This document shows positions 1-12,700 of a DNA stretch of 64,000 nucleotides, piece by piece. Within the stretch, counting starts at the first letter, position 1, and each line of letters starts with the position of its first letter. Under the pieces are notes generated by a model. That model searched no databases, was not told the DNA's origin, and was given only the letters and a program-made list of their open reading frames with translations. Origin of the DNA: Mobula hypostoma (Eukaryota); NCBI RefSeq assembly GCF_963921235.1, contig NC_086104.1, positions 40,486,001-40,550,000 of the forward strand, in the 5' to 3' direction. Both the position numbers and the translations under genes were made by a program.

Positions 1-1309
1 ATGTGTCGTTGAAACTAAGATGAATAAATTAATTTGGGAAATTTTGCAAATAAAGCTCCTTAGAAAGAAACATTTCAAACCATTCAAATAAGAAGGAGAG
101 TCACATTTTAAAGATTCCATTTTAAGAATATTTGAAGCAAATGCTATTCAAATACATGATAATGTGATTTGCAGATCAGGTACTTCACTGCCAGTTTTAG
201 ATCCCCTGTTTTCAAAGAGCTTGTTTACTTGAAATAACTAAGTATATCATGTTAATATGATATTCTTTCTTAAGTATATTTCTGTATATTTAACAGTTGG
301 CACATGGACTTTATTTTCATAATATTTGAAAACATATATTATAATTTAAATGATCAAATGCCCTGCAATTAAATATTATAGAACCAATGTCAAGGAGTGA
401 AGAGAAAACGAGGCCAATCTGGCTTCTAACTTAATAACTGTCCCTTGGAAAAAAAACATCAAGCCATAGCAAATGACTTGAAAATTTACTTAGATAGGAA
501 AACAGATACAAACCACACTAGTTTGCCATCTTAACACCATTCTCTTCCCTAAAGTTGTTGGTTGACTCATGTTCACATTTCCATGGATACCAGCCAGTGT
601 TTGTTTAAATTGCCATTGCAAACACTTTACATTAAAGGAAGCCTAAACTAACTTTAATTCATTTTTTAAAATTCAATTTCATGGGTTATCAAAATTGGTC
701 TGATTTTTCTTTACTGCTAAAGTTATAACTCAGTAGAAAATAGCTTTACCTGAATAAAGTCTATGGAGATAAAAATGATCAAAAATATTGTGAGACAAAT
801 ACCCATTTGGAAGGTTTATCCATTATGAAGAGAGACGAAGATTTTCAACACCTAAAGCATTTATTTGAATCTTCAGCTTTTTACATATAGTACATAGTAC
901 CAATTATACATGAATTCAACATATATTAACAGCCCATTTATTACAAGAATTCTCCCAAATATCTAAAGTATTTGTTTTTATAAACATTTCTACAGTGAAT
1001 GTAAATGCATGCTAAATGTTTCCATGAGCAAAAATTGCACAATACATGAGAATGTGGTCAATTTAAGGTATTAACAGGACAAGTGAAAGGGAGAAATGGG
1101 TGTGCTTTCTGTTTCAGCAAATTATGTACATTACTTTAAAATTAAAACATTTAAATTTACTATATCAGGCTTTTGTTAGGCTTTTTGTCTACAGTATATC
1201 CACATCAGCATCAGCCAAGATTATGCAAACGAAAATGATCTCACTTTCACAGTAAACTGCATTTAAGTCAAATGAAAACAAATTTTTTGGAAGACCAGGT
1301 ACATCCTTT

Positions 1310-1909
1310 CAGGAGTGGTGAACCTTTTTGAGAACGTGTGCCCAAATTGGCGATAATCTTCTAAAAACTTCATGTGATATGGTAATTTGGAGCAGAGATT
1401 ATCATTGATTAATGAATTAGTAACAATAATTATGGACTTAAAGGAAAAAAACGATGATTCAGGTTACCTATTTACATGTATTCATTGTTCTACTGTTAAT
1501 AAAATTATAACAGAGACAGATTGAAATAAATGAAGCATTTTAGAAAACCTGTTAAAATGATTAATATTTTAAAAAGACAATTGAAAAATAACAATTTTAA
1601 ATAGTTGAAATCATTTACTATTCAAATACTGATGCATACTGAGTTCAAAACGTATCATCCAATGTCACGTGTCTTCACAACTGTCTAGCTGGCGCTCAGC
1701 TGGTGGGAGACATTTCCTGTGAAAACATCTCACTACTCTCAGACCGTAAAAAAACATTGTTGCTTCATACAGCAGTAAAGATAGTTATTATGTATCCTTT
1801 TATTATGGATGGGCTTTAAAGAATTAAGGGCTGGCACTGCATGCGGAGTGCCAAAAAAATTTTATTTGCGTGCTATCTCAGGCACACCTGTCATAGGTTC
1901 GTCACCCTG
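1310..1909. mobile_element. Old hAT (Charlie-like) non-autonomous DNA transposon
   Basis: Imperfect TIRs CAGGAGTGGTGAACCT ... AGGTTCGTCACCCTG; AT-rich non-coding interior; no TSD recognisable. Confidence 0.6.
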
Positions 1910-3082
1910 TATGTTATATTCAAATTGCAGCACCTGTGAAATTTCATGTTTATTCAGAAACTAAAATTTTTATTCTTTGATGCCATTCAAAATAGGAATA
2001 TGTCCATTTGCAAAAGATATAATATTGCAAGTTAGATTGCATCTACTGCTTCATACACAGAGTTTGTTTACTTCACATACTAGTGAAGTCACTGTTAAAT
2101 CTTTTTTCTGCACCCTGTAACTGACTACATGGAATCAAATATTTTTGCAGTCGGTATAGACTTAGCGAAGCTGGAATACTTAGCAGCATAAGATCAACTT
2201 CAACAAGAGAAAAAGCATTACTTGAAGGGCAATCAGCTCTGGATGAAGCAATGATGATACAGGAAGAAAAAAGGCAAAAATATCCTCAAAACTTAATACA
2301 GTAAATCTCAAAATGCACCAAATTAATGTGGCATTCCTTAGGTTTAAGGAGTTTAATATTTTAAATCACATTTTCATTTCAAGCACTGCAAAATATTCCA
2401 ACTTCATCAACGCAGCCATAAAAACCCTTGCCTGATAAATGCCTCCATTTTCCGGTAGGCACTAATCAAAACAATAAATGAAAAATGGTTCCTTCTTTAA
2501 AATTATATGGTAAGGCAAAAAAAAAATAATGGCAACAACACTTTAGAAATTGACCCTTCTTCAGGACTTAAAAGCAAGGGGGAAGACTGAAAATTAAAAG
2601 GAAGGAAGCACTCGTAGACTGATTTCTCAGCAATGACTGGAGATACTTGAGATCTTCAAGCTTGAATAAAATTGACAATGTATATTAGATGATTGGTATT
2701 AATAAATGAGAAAACCAAACTGCAAATCCAGAACTTTGGATTACATGATCAAACCAACAGGAAATACATCCGATGTCAGAGCAACAAGAAATTAAATGGA
2801 GTCTTAGTCAGGAAGAAAATGGAAAAAAAATCTTTAGAAGCAATTGCTGTTATTCTAACAGTATCTTTTGAGGTGCAGGAACTAAATGGGTTTTCTCATC
2901 CATTTCCATCTGCTGAAAGAATGATAGCCAGGATGGAAAGATCAAGGATAATGAAAGGTACACAATCAAGGCATCATGCCTGAAGTTTACTGCATTAAAT
3001 AAATAAGAACCTACTTGAGATATGATGGAAAACAAATTATCTTTCTGAAACAAATTTTCTGAATTTTGGCAAACCTTAGTTT

Positions 3083-3375
3083 GGGTGCCACGGTAGTGTA
3101 GTGGTTAGCCATTACAGCTTGGGGCGTTCCAGAGTTAGGAGTTTGATTTCACTGCCATTCTGTAAGGAGTCTCTGTATTTTCTCCCCATGGAATGCTTGG
3201 GCTTTCTCTGGGTCTCCCAGTTTCCTCCCACAGACCAAAGACGTATTGGGGAGGTCAAATTGCCATTGTAAATTATCCCATGATGAGGTTAGGGTTAATT
3301 GGGGATTGCTGGGACGATGTGGCCCAAAGGGCTAGGAGGACTTACTCTGCACTGCATCGCGAAATAAATCAAATA
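3083..3375 (+). mobile_element. tRNA-derived V-SINE (HE1-like)
   Basis: A-box-like head GGTAGTGTAGTGG; V-domain GGGCTTTCTCTGGGTCTCCCAGTTTCCTCCCACAGACCAAAGAC; LINE-like tail. Confidence 0.75.
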
Positions 3376-3640
3376 GATGAGATTCTATGTTTCTGTAACC
3401 TTTCTGAATCTCTATTCATTAAAACAAAATTACTTATTATTGCACTGTATTTCAGTCAAGAATGGATTTTTGTCTTCTTTATTTTAGGATGGTTCAAAGC
3501 AGTGTTGTTGAAGAGTAATCACATATTTTGTGCTGAAACATGATCATCAGGCATTACCTATTAAAAGACAATACTGATTTTTCCTCCTTCCCATTTTACT
3601 ACATCTCAGGAATTTCACTTAATTAAGCAAAACTATGAAA

Positions 3641-3739
3641 AAGTCCTGACGAAGGGTCTCGGCCTGAAACGTCGACTGCGCCTCTTCCTATAGATGCTGC
3701 TTGGCCTGCTGCGTTCACCAGCAACTTTGATGTATGTTG
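3641..3739 (+). mobile_element. Penelope pseudo-LTR fragment carrying a hammerhead ribozyme
   Basis: 7-bp TSD TATGAAA (3634-3640 / 3740-3746); related to the termini of the Penelope element at 38032-40030 and near-identical to 51291-51414. Confidence 0.85.
3642..3677 (+). ncRNA. Minimal type I hammerhead ribozyme (Penelope-type)
   Basis: AGTC-CTGACGA-AGG gtctcgg CCT-GAAA-CGTC^GACT: intact core, stem I AGTC/GACT, stem II AGG/CCT, palindromic ACGT in place of stem III. Confidence 0.8.
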
Positions 3740-5236
3740 TATGAAATATCACTCTGGGTGAGACAAATTTGTCAGGTTCCTCATCACCTTAAGTACTGAT
3801 AAACACTTAAGATGTGGTTATGAACATGAAGGTTTTCCTCTGTTTGATAATGGCTTATCTTTTAACCATTTAACTCTACAATTATGAAGTTAGATTAAAA
3901 TGTCACATGGCATATTTGCATGCTAAATCATTTATCCTAGTATACAAAGGCATAGAAGTGCAAATTAGAAGTTAAATTTTTTATCACATGCATGGTCTGC
4001 TGTAGTCTGCTTGAATGAGTATTTAAAAAAGGTATAACACAATCTATTTCCTCATTTTACTAAACCATCTTAACAGGTAATAAAATCTTGTACTCGTGAT
4101 ACCGATGGGATAAAATGCTTAAAGGTATGCTGAATGTTCTGCCACTTTCCAACCCCCCCCGCCCCGCCAGGAAAATACCATTTATATGACCCATTTTCAG
4201 TTTATTTCATTCTGATAGTTTTCTAGAAAGCAATACCTGAAATAATTCATTATCTACTCCAACAAAAGAACAAAGGAATTAGAGTCTTACATGGTAGTTG
4301 TTGCTAGTTGTCTCTAACTGGTAAACCAGACTTCATCCATTCCTCATAAGCAAATACTTATTAATGGAATGCTTTACATACACAAAGTTAAAAAGAATTA
4401 AAAATGGAACCATTTTCTCTTCACCTACCATCATTCCTAATAATTGTATCTTAAGATGATTAATTGTTAATTTTCTATCAACTACCCTGATTTCAGTGAC
4501 CTCTTCAATAATGAGGCTATTTTTAAAATAATTATAAAATGCAAGTTATAAAATAGCTCTATAGATCCTTCAAATGCATTTAGAACATTTTCCATAAACT
4601 ATTAAATAGTAAGATTCTTAAACTGAAGTGACAACTAACTTTTTTCCAATGGAGGGAACTTTTACATATACTCAGTTTTAGATAAGTTGACTGAAAGCAG
4701 ATGCACACCTTAAAATGCATATTCACAAATTGGTGCAAATTGATTTATCCTACTAAAGAAAACAGGATAAAGAGGGAAAGAAAGAACTAAAAATAAAGTT
4801 CCATTTGAAGTCCAGCAACCTATTTCTCACTTGACCCGACATTGTTCATTAAACATCACTGACTATATAGAGCACAGAAACACACTTTGGATGTCAATAT
4901 TGTATTAGTCCAAAACCTGATAAATAATTTGGATTCAAAAAAAATTCAGCTATTTTGAAAATGTGGGCTTTATTACCCAAAAATGCTTCACTGTCGAGGA
5001 GACTTTAAGTGCAAATAAAGCAAATGACATCTAAAATAATGCACTTCACATGCGATCCACATTTTCTTAATGACAGGTGAAAAATTATGCAACATTTGAA
5101 GTTACTGTAATTCAGGAACAAGTATTCCAAAAAAGGGTAGCCTGAGGTATTTCATCTAACCTGATCCTCCGACTTCCCTCGAAAGTTTTTTTTTGCTTCA
5201 GATGTGCCAAGTGTCTACAGTTCTATTGAAAACAAA

Positions 5237-5378
5237 TCACAAGTGCTGCCAGTCAATGCCAACTAGTGTTTGATTTGCTTCCTGTGCACGACCAATCTCT
5301 TCTGTAATGCTATGCTGTTGCCATAGTTTTTGTAGTTTTCTGTATCGTTCTTTGCACAGATGAAGGGGGTTTCCTCGT
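5237..5378 (-). CDS. UBR2: UBR2 last coding exon ([46 protein letters not shown])
   Basis: ttttacag acceptor; TGA at 5239-5237; 3' UTR continues leftward. Confidence 0.97.
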
Positions 5379-5815
5379 CTGTAAAATATAGTTCATATAA
5401 TTATTCACTTTCAACATCAACCTTTCCTACAACACTAGTCTACCAAGAATCTGTCTAAGGAACAAACAATTATGTTGTGTGGAACGTTCATTCACATTGA
5501 AGCTGGTGTGGAAAATATATATAAATTATTCTAAATAATGCTTTCTCATTCTGTATATGTTCACCATATTCAAAAATACTCAAATTTCATCAACCATTAC
5601 AAATACATCTTTGCACTAATTAGTAAGAACAAGCACCCCAAAAATTCAGATAGGTTTAGAATCTGATATTTTTCTGCCATTACAATAAAAGCAAACAACA
5701 TGGAATTAACATTTCTATATGTCACTGGATTGAATATAAAATCTCAACTAATTTGTACTCCTTCACTGAAATGCATTTCCTGTTTTTGGAAGAATAAATA
5801 TTTTATACTTTTTAC

Positions 5816-5917
5816 CTCAGTCCTTGATCTGTCTCTCCATAATCATCAAGGTAGGGTGGTGGATAAAAGCATCCTTTTGTTTTTCCAGCTAGAAAGAGGA
5901 CCTGACTTTCTCGAACT
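5816..5917 (-). CDS. UBR2: UBR2 penultimate coding exon (VRESQVLFLAGKTKGCFYPPPYLDDYGETDQGL)
   Basis: atttacag / gtaaaa, 102 nt, phase 2/2. Confidence 0.97.
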
Positions 5918-6230
5918 CTGTAAATGCACAAGAGTACATTTTGTCTTGACTCAGGGAAAAAGAAATCAGGTGACCATTTTAATCTAGTTTCTTGATCAAG
6001 AATCAAATGATCTTACTCAGGATAAGTGCTGAAAGTCAGCTAAGGATGAAAATCCAATGCAACAGGAAATATTTCCAGAACTCATTCTCTATCGTCACTC
6101 AGGCATGTTCAGTTCCGGGTTTACTGATGAACACATCAACTATGATTTATATAATGGTCACAAGTGCCATTTGTGGACCTAGCTTAGACTCTAGTTCTAA
6201 AGGTTTATGGCAATAAGATTTCAAACTCAC

Positions 6231-6401
6231 CGCAAAAAAATTCCAACTCCACAACCGCAAGTATAGGTATGAGCAGTGCAAGCACCAACATCTTCACCTT
6301 CTAGCTCCGTCTGACAGCAATAGCTCTGAGAACAAAGCATTCCTCCACACACCAAGCAAAGAGTTGGTGCACGACTTTTATCGCCACCAGATTTTGGACA
6401 T
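6231..6401 (-). CDS. UBR2: UBR2 coding exon, Cys-rich C-terminal domain (CPKSGGDKSRAPTLCLVCG...CCQTELEGEDVGACTAH...GVGIFL)
   Basis: ataaacag / gtgagt, 171 nt, phase 2/2. Confidence 0.97.
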
Positions 6402-6752
6402 CTGTTTATTATCGCAAAGAAAAAAGAAAACCTTGCATTGTAATCATGAGCAAAACAAAATTCTCACAATATAACAATTCTGATTAGGGTGAATAACTAT
6501 TTGTTTTTGGTGAAGGAAAATGTCAATATTTTAGTGTCATCTTACAATTCTTCATGACATCACCTCTGTTCACAGTTGATGAGTGCAACTAAATCTGCTC
6601 AAAGCTTTGAATGGTCTTTCAAAGAGAGGAAGGGAGAAAAAAGCTCACAAAATGCAAATCAGTACCAGAGCAATGAAATTTGATATTGCGTAACATTTTA
6701 ATGAAGACATTCAAAAAGGAAACTATTTTCAAACAACAAATTCACCCAAATA

Positions 6753-7067
6753 AAAAAAAGGCATCCGTTAGTCTTGCGAGACCATGGATCTGCACCTGGA
6801 AAGTCTTCACTCTCCAGGGCGCAGGCCTGGGCAAGATTGTATGGAAGACCGGCAGTTGCCCATGCTGCAAGTCTCCCCTCTCCACGACACCGATGTCGTC
6901 CAAGGGAAGGGCATTAGGACCCATACAGCTTGGCACCAGTGTCGTCGCAGAGCACTGTGTGATTAAGTGCCTTGCTCAAGGTCACAACACGCTGCCTCGG
7001 CTGGGGCTCCAACTCACGACCTTCAGATCGCTAGTCGAACGCCTTAACCACTTGGCCACGTGCCCAC
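6753..7067 (-). mobile_element. Young tRNA-derived CORE-like SINE
   Basis: 11-bp TSD TCACCCAAATA (6742-6752 / 7068-7078); A box TGGCCAAGTGG, B-box-like GTTGGAGCC, CORE-like TGTGACCTTGAGCAAGGCACTTAA, T-rich tail. Confidence 0.85.
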
Positions 7068-7829
7068 TCACCCAAATATTTAAAAGCAAATATATTAGTT
7101 AGGAAATATAGCACCCCTCCAAAATCAACAGGCTTGTAAATCCAGATACACTGGAAAGACAGGGTGTCGGGATCGGAGGTGAGAGCCGATTTTGCTCACT
7201 CTCCCACGAAGTTCATTCCTCTCTCCGTGGCGCTGGGGCAATGAAGACTGCCCCCAGTTACTGTGCTCCGCGTCCACTTTGATGGACTGATACCAAGGCT
7301 TTGTGCCTACTCCAGGGTTCGGAACTCAGGACTCTTTGAGGTTCAGAATGTTGTTGCTCGCTTTTACTGTTTGCACGATGTGTTTTTTTACCCCCTTCTC
7401 TCTGAGGATTGGGTGTTGGTTTTTTTTAAAATTATATTCTTTCGGGTTTCTTGCTTTGTGGCTGCCTGTAGCAAACAACTCTCAAGGTCGTACAATTTAA
7501 ACATTCTTTGATAGTAAATCTACTTTAAAATTTCAGTAAGATGGATAATTCAGCAGTAAAGCACAGCTGGGAAACAGCCTGCAGTCCTTGGTCAGAAAAT
7601 ATGGGAGCCTTGATATGTGTGGTTATCCTGAAAAATGTGTGGTTTTCTAAAAGGAGCTGGTGACATTCCCTGTGAAATCGGAGTTTCACTTTTCTTCATC
7701 ACTACCGCGCCCCCCCGCCCCGCTTCCTTTCTGTTCAACATTAGGAACTATTTTCAAGTTCACATATATTGGGAAGGTTCTTTCAAGTTGTCATAGTCAG
7801 GGAGAGAGAAGGGGCTTAGCTACTAAGTG

Positions 7830-8175
7830 TGGTAGAACCATTTCTACTGACAAAAGCAGCAAAGGTGGGTTACTAACACCTTAAAACCAGCCACTTTGGG
7901 CAGATGGAGCTCATTAGCTGTGGTTGACAGCTTATTTAGGGGAGGGAAAACTCTGATCTCAAACCATCACCGTTTTGTGGCTGTACCCACTCATGGGGAA
8001 GGCTTCAGGACTAACCCCTGCGATGTCACTGGTGTCAAATGGTATTGCTGTTACTTTGGATTCATCAGCTGCACAGAGAGATGGAATTTGCCACACGGGC
8101 GACAGCTTGCTCTCCAGATCGTACTGCCTGAGAGCTAGCACATAATATCCATGGTTGTCCCTAACTAACAGAGGG
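7830..8175 (+). mobile_element. Degenerate RTE-type non-autonomous element (approximate bounds)
   Basis: Resembles RTE 5'-UTR-derived repeats (GGGCAGATGGAGCTC...GGAAAACTCTGATCTCAAACC). Confidence 0.4.
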
Positions 8176-8274
8176 ACTCAACCCTCATATATTGGAAAAT
8201 TTCAAGCGTTGGCTAACTTTTCACATTGTTTACTTCTGGCATGTTATACAACTCCATGAATTCTCCCCACCACC

Positions 8275-8432
8275 CCACCACGTCTTTGGGATGCAGGAGG
8301 AAAACAGAGCACCCCAACAAAATCCTCGTGGTTACAGCAAGAATGTGCAAACTCCATACAGACAGGACCAGAAGCAATGATTCACCCTGGTCGCTGGTAC
8401 TGTAAGGCAGCAGTTCTATGAGCTATACCAGA
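8275..8432 (-). mobile_element. V-SINE fragment
   Basis: Reverse-complement V-domain (GTCTTTGGGATGCAGGAGGAAAACAGAGCACCC) plus tRNA-like head. Confidence 0.6.
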
Positions 8433-8878
8433 GTTATTGCAATCAGTGGATTTAGCACATGATACCTTTCTACCATTTTTATCACCTTTTCAGTGACAAC
8501 TGAAAATGAGGATGTGAATACCAGCACTTATTGGCGACCCTTAAATCATTGGTATTGTACATGCATTAGAACTACAAAAATAAGCAATGGATTAGCATTC
8601 TAAAGAAGAAAGACAAATCATGGCTGAAAATAGCTTTGAGAAACTACATGGAGTCAATAACATCCTTTTGCCATACATTCCCCTGATCACAAGTGTTCAC
8701 CCACTTGATTATAAGATTTAAAAATTGAAATATGTACACAATTCTTGTCCTTTAATCTTTGCAAGCATTAAATCAAAGATGGATGTTTTTACGTTGAATA
8801 AACTGCTATTCATTAATTAAAAATTAGATCAATGTTAAATGCAAATAATAGAATTTGGAAAATATTTTATTTACTCAC

Positions 8879-8956
8879 ATAAAACAAGAGGCCTGGTTTA
8901 TAAGGCAGCTGTAATCATCAGGAAGGTCTATCAATTTATTTGACTCTCTAGGATAA
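8879..8956 (-). CDS. UBR2: UBR2 coding exon ([25 protein letters not shown])
   Basis: atttctag / gtgagt, 78 nt, phase 2/2. Confidence 0.96.
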
Positions 8957-9093
8957 CTAGAAATAGGAGAGTGGAAGGGATGGCGTAGTGGAGAAGGGAA
9001 TTGAAACTGTTAATATTTTGCAAAGTAAATTTGAAGAATTAATAAGTCAATGTAGAAAATGAATTATCACAAAATCACAAAGTATGCACCTAC

Positions 9094-9150
9094 CTAACAG
9101 CTGTTCTCTCCCCTTTCACAAAGCTCTGCACTTCTGCAGCTCCACACCAC
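9094..9150 (-). CDS. UBR2: UBR2 coding exon (WCGAAEVQSFVKGERTAV)
   Basis: atttgtag / gtaggt, 57 nt, phase 2/2. Confidence 0.92.
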   Translation of the reverse strand: MVWSCRSAELCERGENSC

Positions 9151-9612
9151 CTACAAATTCAAAGTTATATTGCGATGTTAGCCTCCAACAAAATATTAAT
9201 GGAATCAATGGAACCCCACTAAATATTTGCAATTAGGCTAATGAATGAGCTAAACAGCCCCTAGGCCTGTTCCACTATTTAATAATAGCAAAGCGGACCT
9301 GATTGCAACGTCAGCTCCTTTCTCTTGTTTACCATGGTAACTATTCACTCTTTTGCATGAAGTTACTTATTTTATTAAATTTAATAACTGTTGATATCAA
9401 GAAACAGCTGATCAAATCATCCTTTGAAAAAATGAATTGATCAGTTCATTAAAAACAGCAGACTTTAGAAGTAATACACCGTATAGAGAATGTGTTTCCT
9501 TAATCAAAGCATTTGCAATGGCAACACCAGCACCATTTGATTTATGCAATGCAGAAGCAAATATTTCTTGCATATCCTCACGGTATGGAAAGTTCAGGTT
9601 TTTGAACCTTAC

Positions 9613-9721
9613 CTTTGCATCAATGGCTCAATAGTATCACTGTTTGTCTGGAAAAGACTCATTAGGTTTATTGGCAGAGAAAGATAACGACATAATAGTT
9701 CAAAGTGGTGTGGTCCATTCT
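9613..9721 (-). CDS. UBR2: UBR2 coding exon (NGPHHFELLCRYLSLPINLMSLFQTNSDTIEPLMQ)
   Basis: attaacag / gtaagg, 109 nt, phase 1/2. Confidence 0.94.
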
Positions 9722-12700
9722 CTGTTAATTAAGAGAGATTGTATTAATTTAGCTAGTAGACATTACAAAATTTCAATTATTTCAAAATATTTTTCCACTC
9801 AGATTCAAACGTCAAACATTTTTTTTGTTCTACGAAATGCTATACCTAACAGTATTGGTAAAGTAGTTGAAATAAAATAAATGCAATGAAAAAGAAAAAC
9901 TACCAAGAATTAAACAACATATACAAAGTAAGAGAAAATTTAAGTTAATCTGAATTTGGTATGGATGCAATTGTAGGATTTTTCGAAAAGAAGCTCATTC
10001 AAAATTTATTGCTGGAAAAGATTTTTCAAAATATCATGGATAAGCAAGGAGAACCAACCCACAAGCACTAAAATATGCAAATCTATATAGGTGCTTCAGA
10101 GATGTCTTCCTTGTTTCTTAGCCCTAGTTTCCTCTCCAACACAGTGGATAGAGGCCTTGACTGCAGCTCATTTATTTACTGCACCTCTGCTTTCAGCCTT
10201 TCCTGGATAGAAAAAGGAGAGAGTTCAATTATACTTACCTTCCGGACCACCAGTACCTGGATGCAATGGATCAATTATCCCTTGCAACTTCTGACAGCTC
10301 CAGGAAGAACCCACCACCAGACACATACTCCAGTGGCTTCACTGATTTTGTGGACATACAGATCTTCTGACTGTATAACAGGACTGAAGTTTCAGAATGT
10401 ATAATGCCTTGAAAATGTATTCATCGCCCACAAATATTTGCACATCTTACTGTCTTATTTTCTAATTTAAAATATATTTAAGTAGGATATTTGAGCTAAT
10501 CTACAAAACATTGTGCATTTAATGTCAAATCAAAAGAAAAATTTCAAAACCTGGCATCAATTTACAAAACATTAAAAATCAAAATTGTGAGGCTGAAAAA
10601 GTATTCATCCCCCTTTGCTTACCTTCCTCAGGTACAATACTGTACATTAACTTACCAACTCACCCAATTTGTTGATGTGGAGAATTGGAGATAGCCTGTT
10701 TTCAATGAATTCATAAGAATAAATACACCCTCTCTCTAAGGTCCAACAGTATGGCAGACTTTCAACAGACCAAACCAAGATGAAGACAAAAAAACATTCA
10801 AGACGTCAGGGAAATGATAATAGAGAAGCACAGATCTGGGGAAAGGTACAAGACTATCTCAAAGGCACTGAACATACTTCGGAGGTCAGTACAGTACTTC
10901 ATGTGGAAAAAAGTGGAAACAACAGCCACACTGCCTAGGTCAACCCACCCCTCTAAACTTAGTCACCGGAGAAGAATGGCACTTATAAGCGGCTACTGTG
11001 ATGCCAATAGTTACTCACAGTGAGCTGCAGAAGTCAGTGGCTGCAACTGGAGATGAAGTTCATAGCTTGACAATATTTAAGGCCTTGCACAAAAAGGGTA
11101 TTATGGAAGAGTGGCAAAGAAGCAGCCTGGCTTAAAAAAAAAGCATATCTTTGCCCGCAAAAACGTTGCAAAGTGACACGAAGAAGATATTGTAGATATG
11201 TGACAGCAAGTGAAAAGCTGTAGGTATATTTTTAACCCACAGTTTATTGTATTTTTCTTCTTTATATTTGCTCAGAACAGTAGGGAGGGCAGTCAGGATA
11301 GTTGAATGCTCCTCTTGCAGAACGTAGGAAGGCAGGGAGACCTCCAGTGTCCCTGACAACCTCACCTGCAAAAAGTGCATCCAGCTGCAGCTTCTGACAC
11401 TCCACTTTAAGGAGTTGGAGCTGGAGCTGGATGAACTCCCAATCATCTGAGAGGCGAAGAGATGATAAATAGGATGTATAGAGAGGTTGTTACATGCAAG
11501 GTGCAGGACACAGGAAACTGGGTGACAGTCAGGAAGAGGAAAGGGATTAAACAGCCATTGCAGAGTACTCTGTGGTCATTTTCCTCAACAATAAGTATAC
11601 TACTATTGGTGGATGACAGAGCAGAGGAAGGTCACAGCGGTTAGGTCACAGGCACTGGGTTTGGCTCTGTGACTCAGAAGGGTAGGGGGGAAGAGGCGAG
11701 CTGTGGTGGTAGGGGATTCATTAGTTAGGGGAACAGAAAAAAGGTTCTGTGTCCGAGAATGAGATTCCTGGATGGTATTTTGCCAGGGTCCAGACATCCT
11801 GGATTGAGTCCTCAGCATTCTTAAGAGGGAAGGTGAGCATTCTTAAGTGGGTCATGGTCCATGTAGGTACCAATGACATGGGAAAGAAGAGTGACGAGGT
11901 TCTACGAAGTGATTCAGGTAATTAGATGCTAAGTTAAAGGACAAGATGTCCAGGCTTGTGATCTCAGGATTGCTACTCATGCCATGTGAAAGTGAGGCCA
12001 GAACTAGGATGATTATACAGTTTAACACTTGGCTAAGGAGTTGGAGTAGGAGGGAGGGCATAATATTTTTGGATCATTAGGCTCTCTTCCAGGGAAGGTG
12101 GGATATGTACAGAAGGGACAGCTTGCACCTGAACTGGAAGGAAAGTAATATCCTAGCAAGAAGGTTTGCTAGTACTGCATGGGGAGCGGTTAAAATTAGA
12201 GTTGCAGGGGGATGGGAACCATGATGTCAGAACAGACAGTGGAGAGGTTGTGGAGACAGATGTTGTTAAGACCTCAGACAAAGTCAGGAGTCAAAAGGTT
12301 GAGCATGTTGCAACTAATGCCCTGAGCTGCATATATTTCAAAGCAAGTAGTACTGTAGGAAAGGCAGATGAGTTCATGGAACTACGATATTGTAGCCATT
12401 AGTGAAACTTGGTGGCTGGAGTGGCAGAACTGGCAGGCAGCTCAGTATTCTGGGGTTTTGTTGTTTTACACGTGACAGAGTGGGAGGGATTAAAGGAGGA
12501 GGGGTGGTGTTACGAATCAGGGAAAATGTCACATCAGTGCTGAGTCAGTACAGACAGGAGAATTTGTTTAGTAAAGTGTTATGGGTGGAACTGTGGAATA
12601 AGAAAGGCACATACACGCTAATGGGGCTATATTACGGACCACCCAACAATCTGAGGGATTGGGATGAACACATTTGTGCAGAGAAAGCAGACGGTTGCAA

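Noticed and set aside
1-5236. Defined UBR2 poly(A) site or exons of a neighbouring gene (for example ORFs 2693..2983, 3193..3543)
   Set aside because: Several minus-strand AATAAA hexamers (for example 4969-4974, 4201-4206) in AT-rich DNA cannot be ranked by eye; the ORFs have no recognisable homology or start inside a SINE.
6995-7067. tRNA gene
   Set aside because: It is the head of a TSD-flanked SINE with an altered B box.
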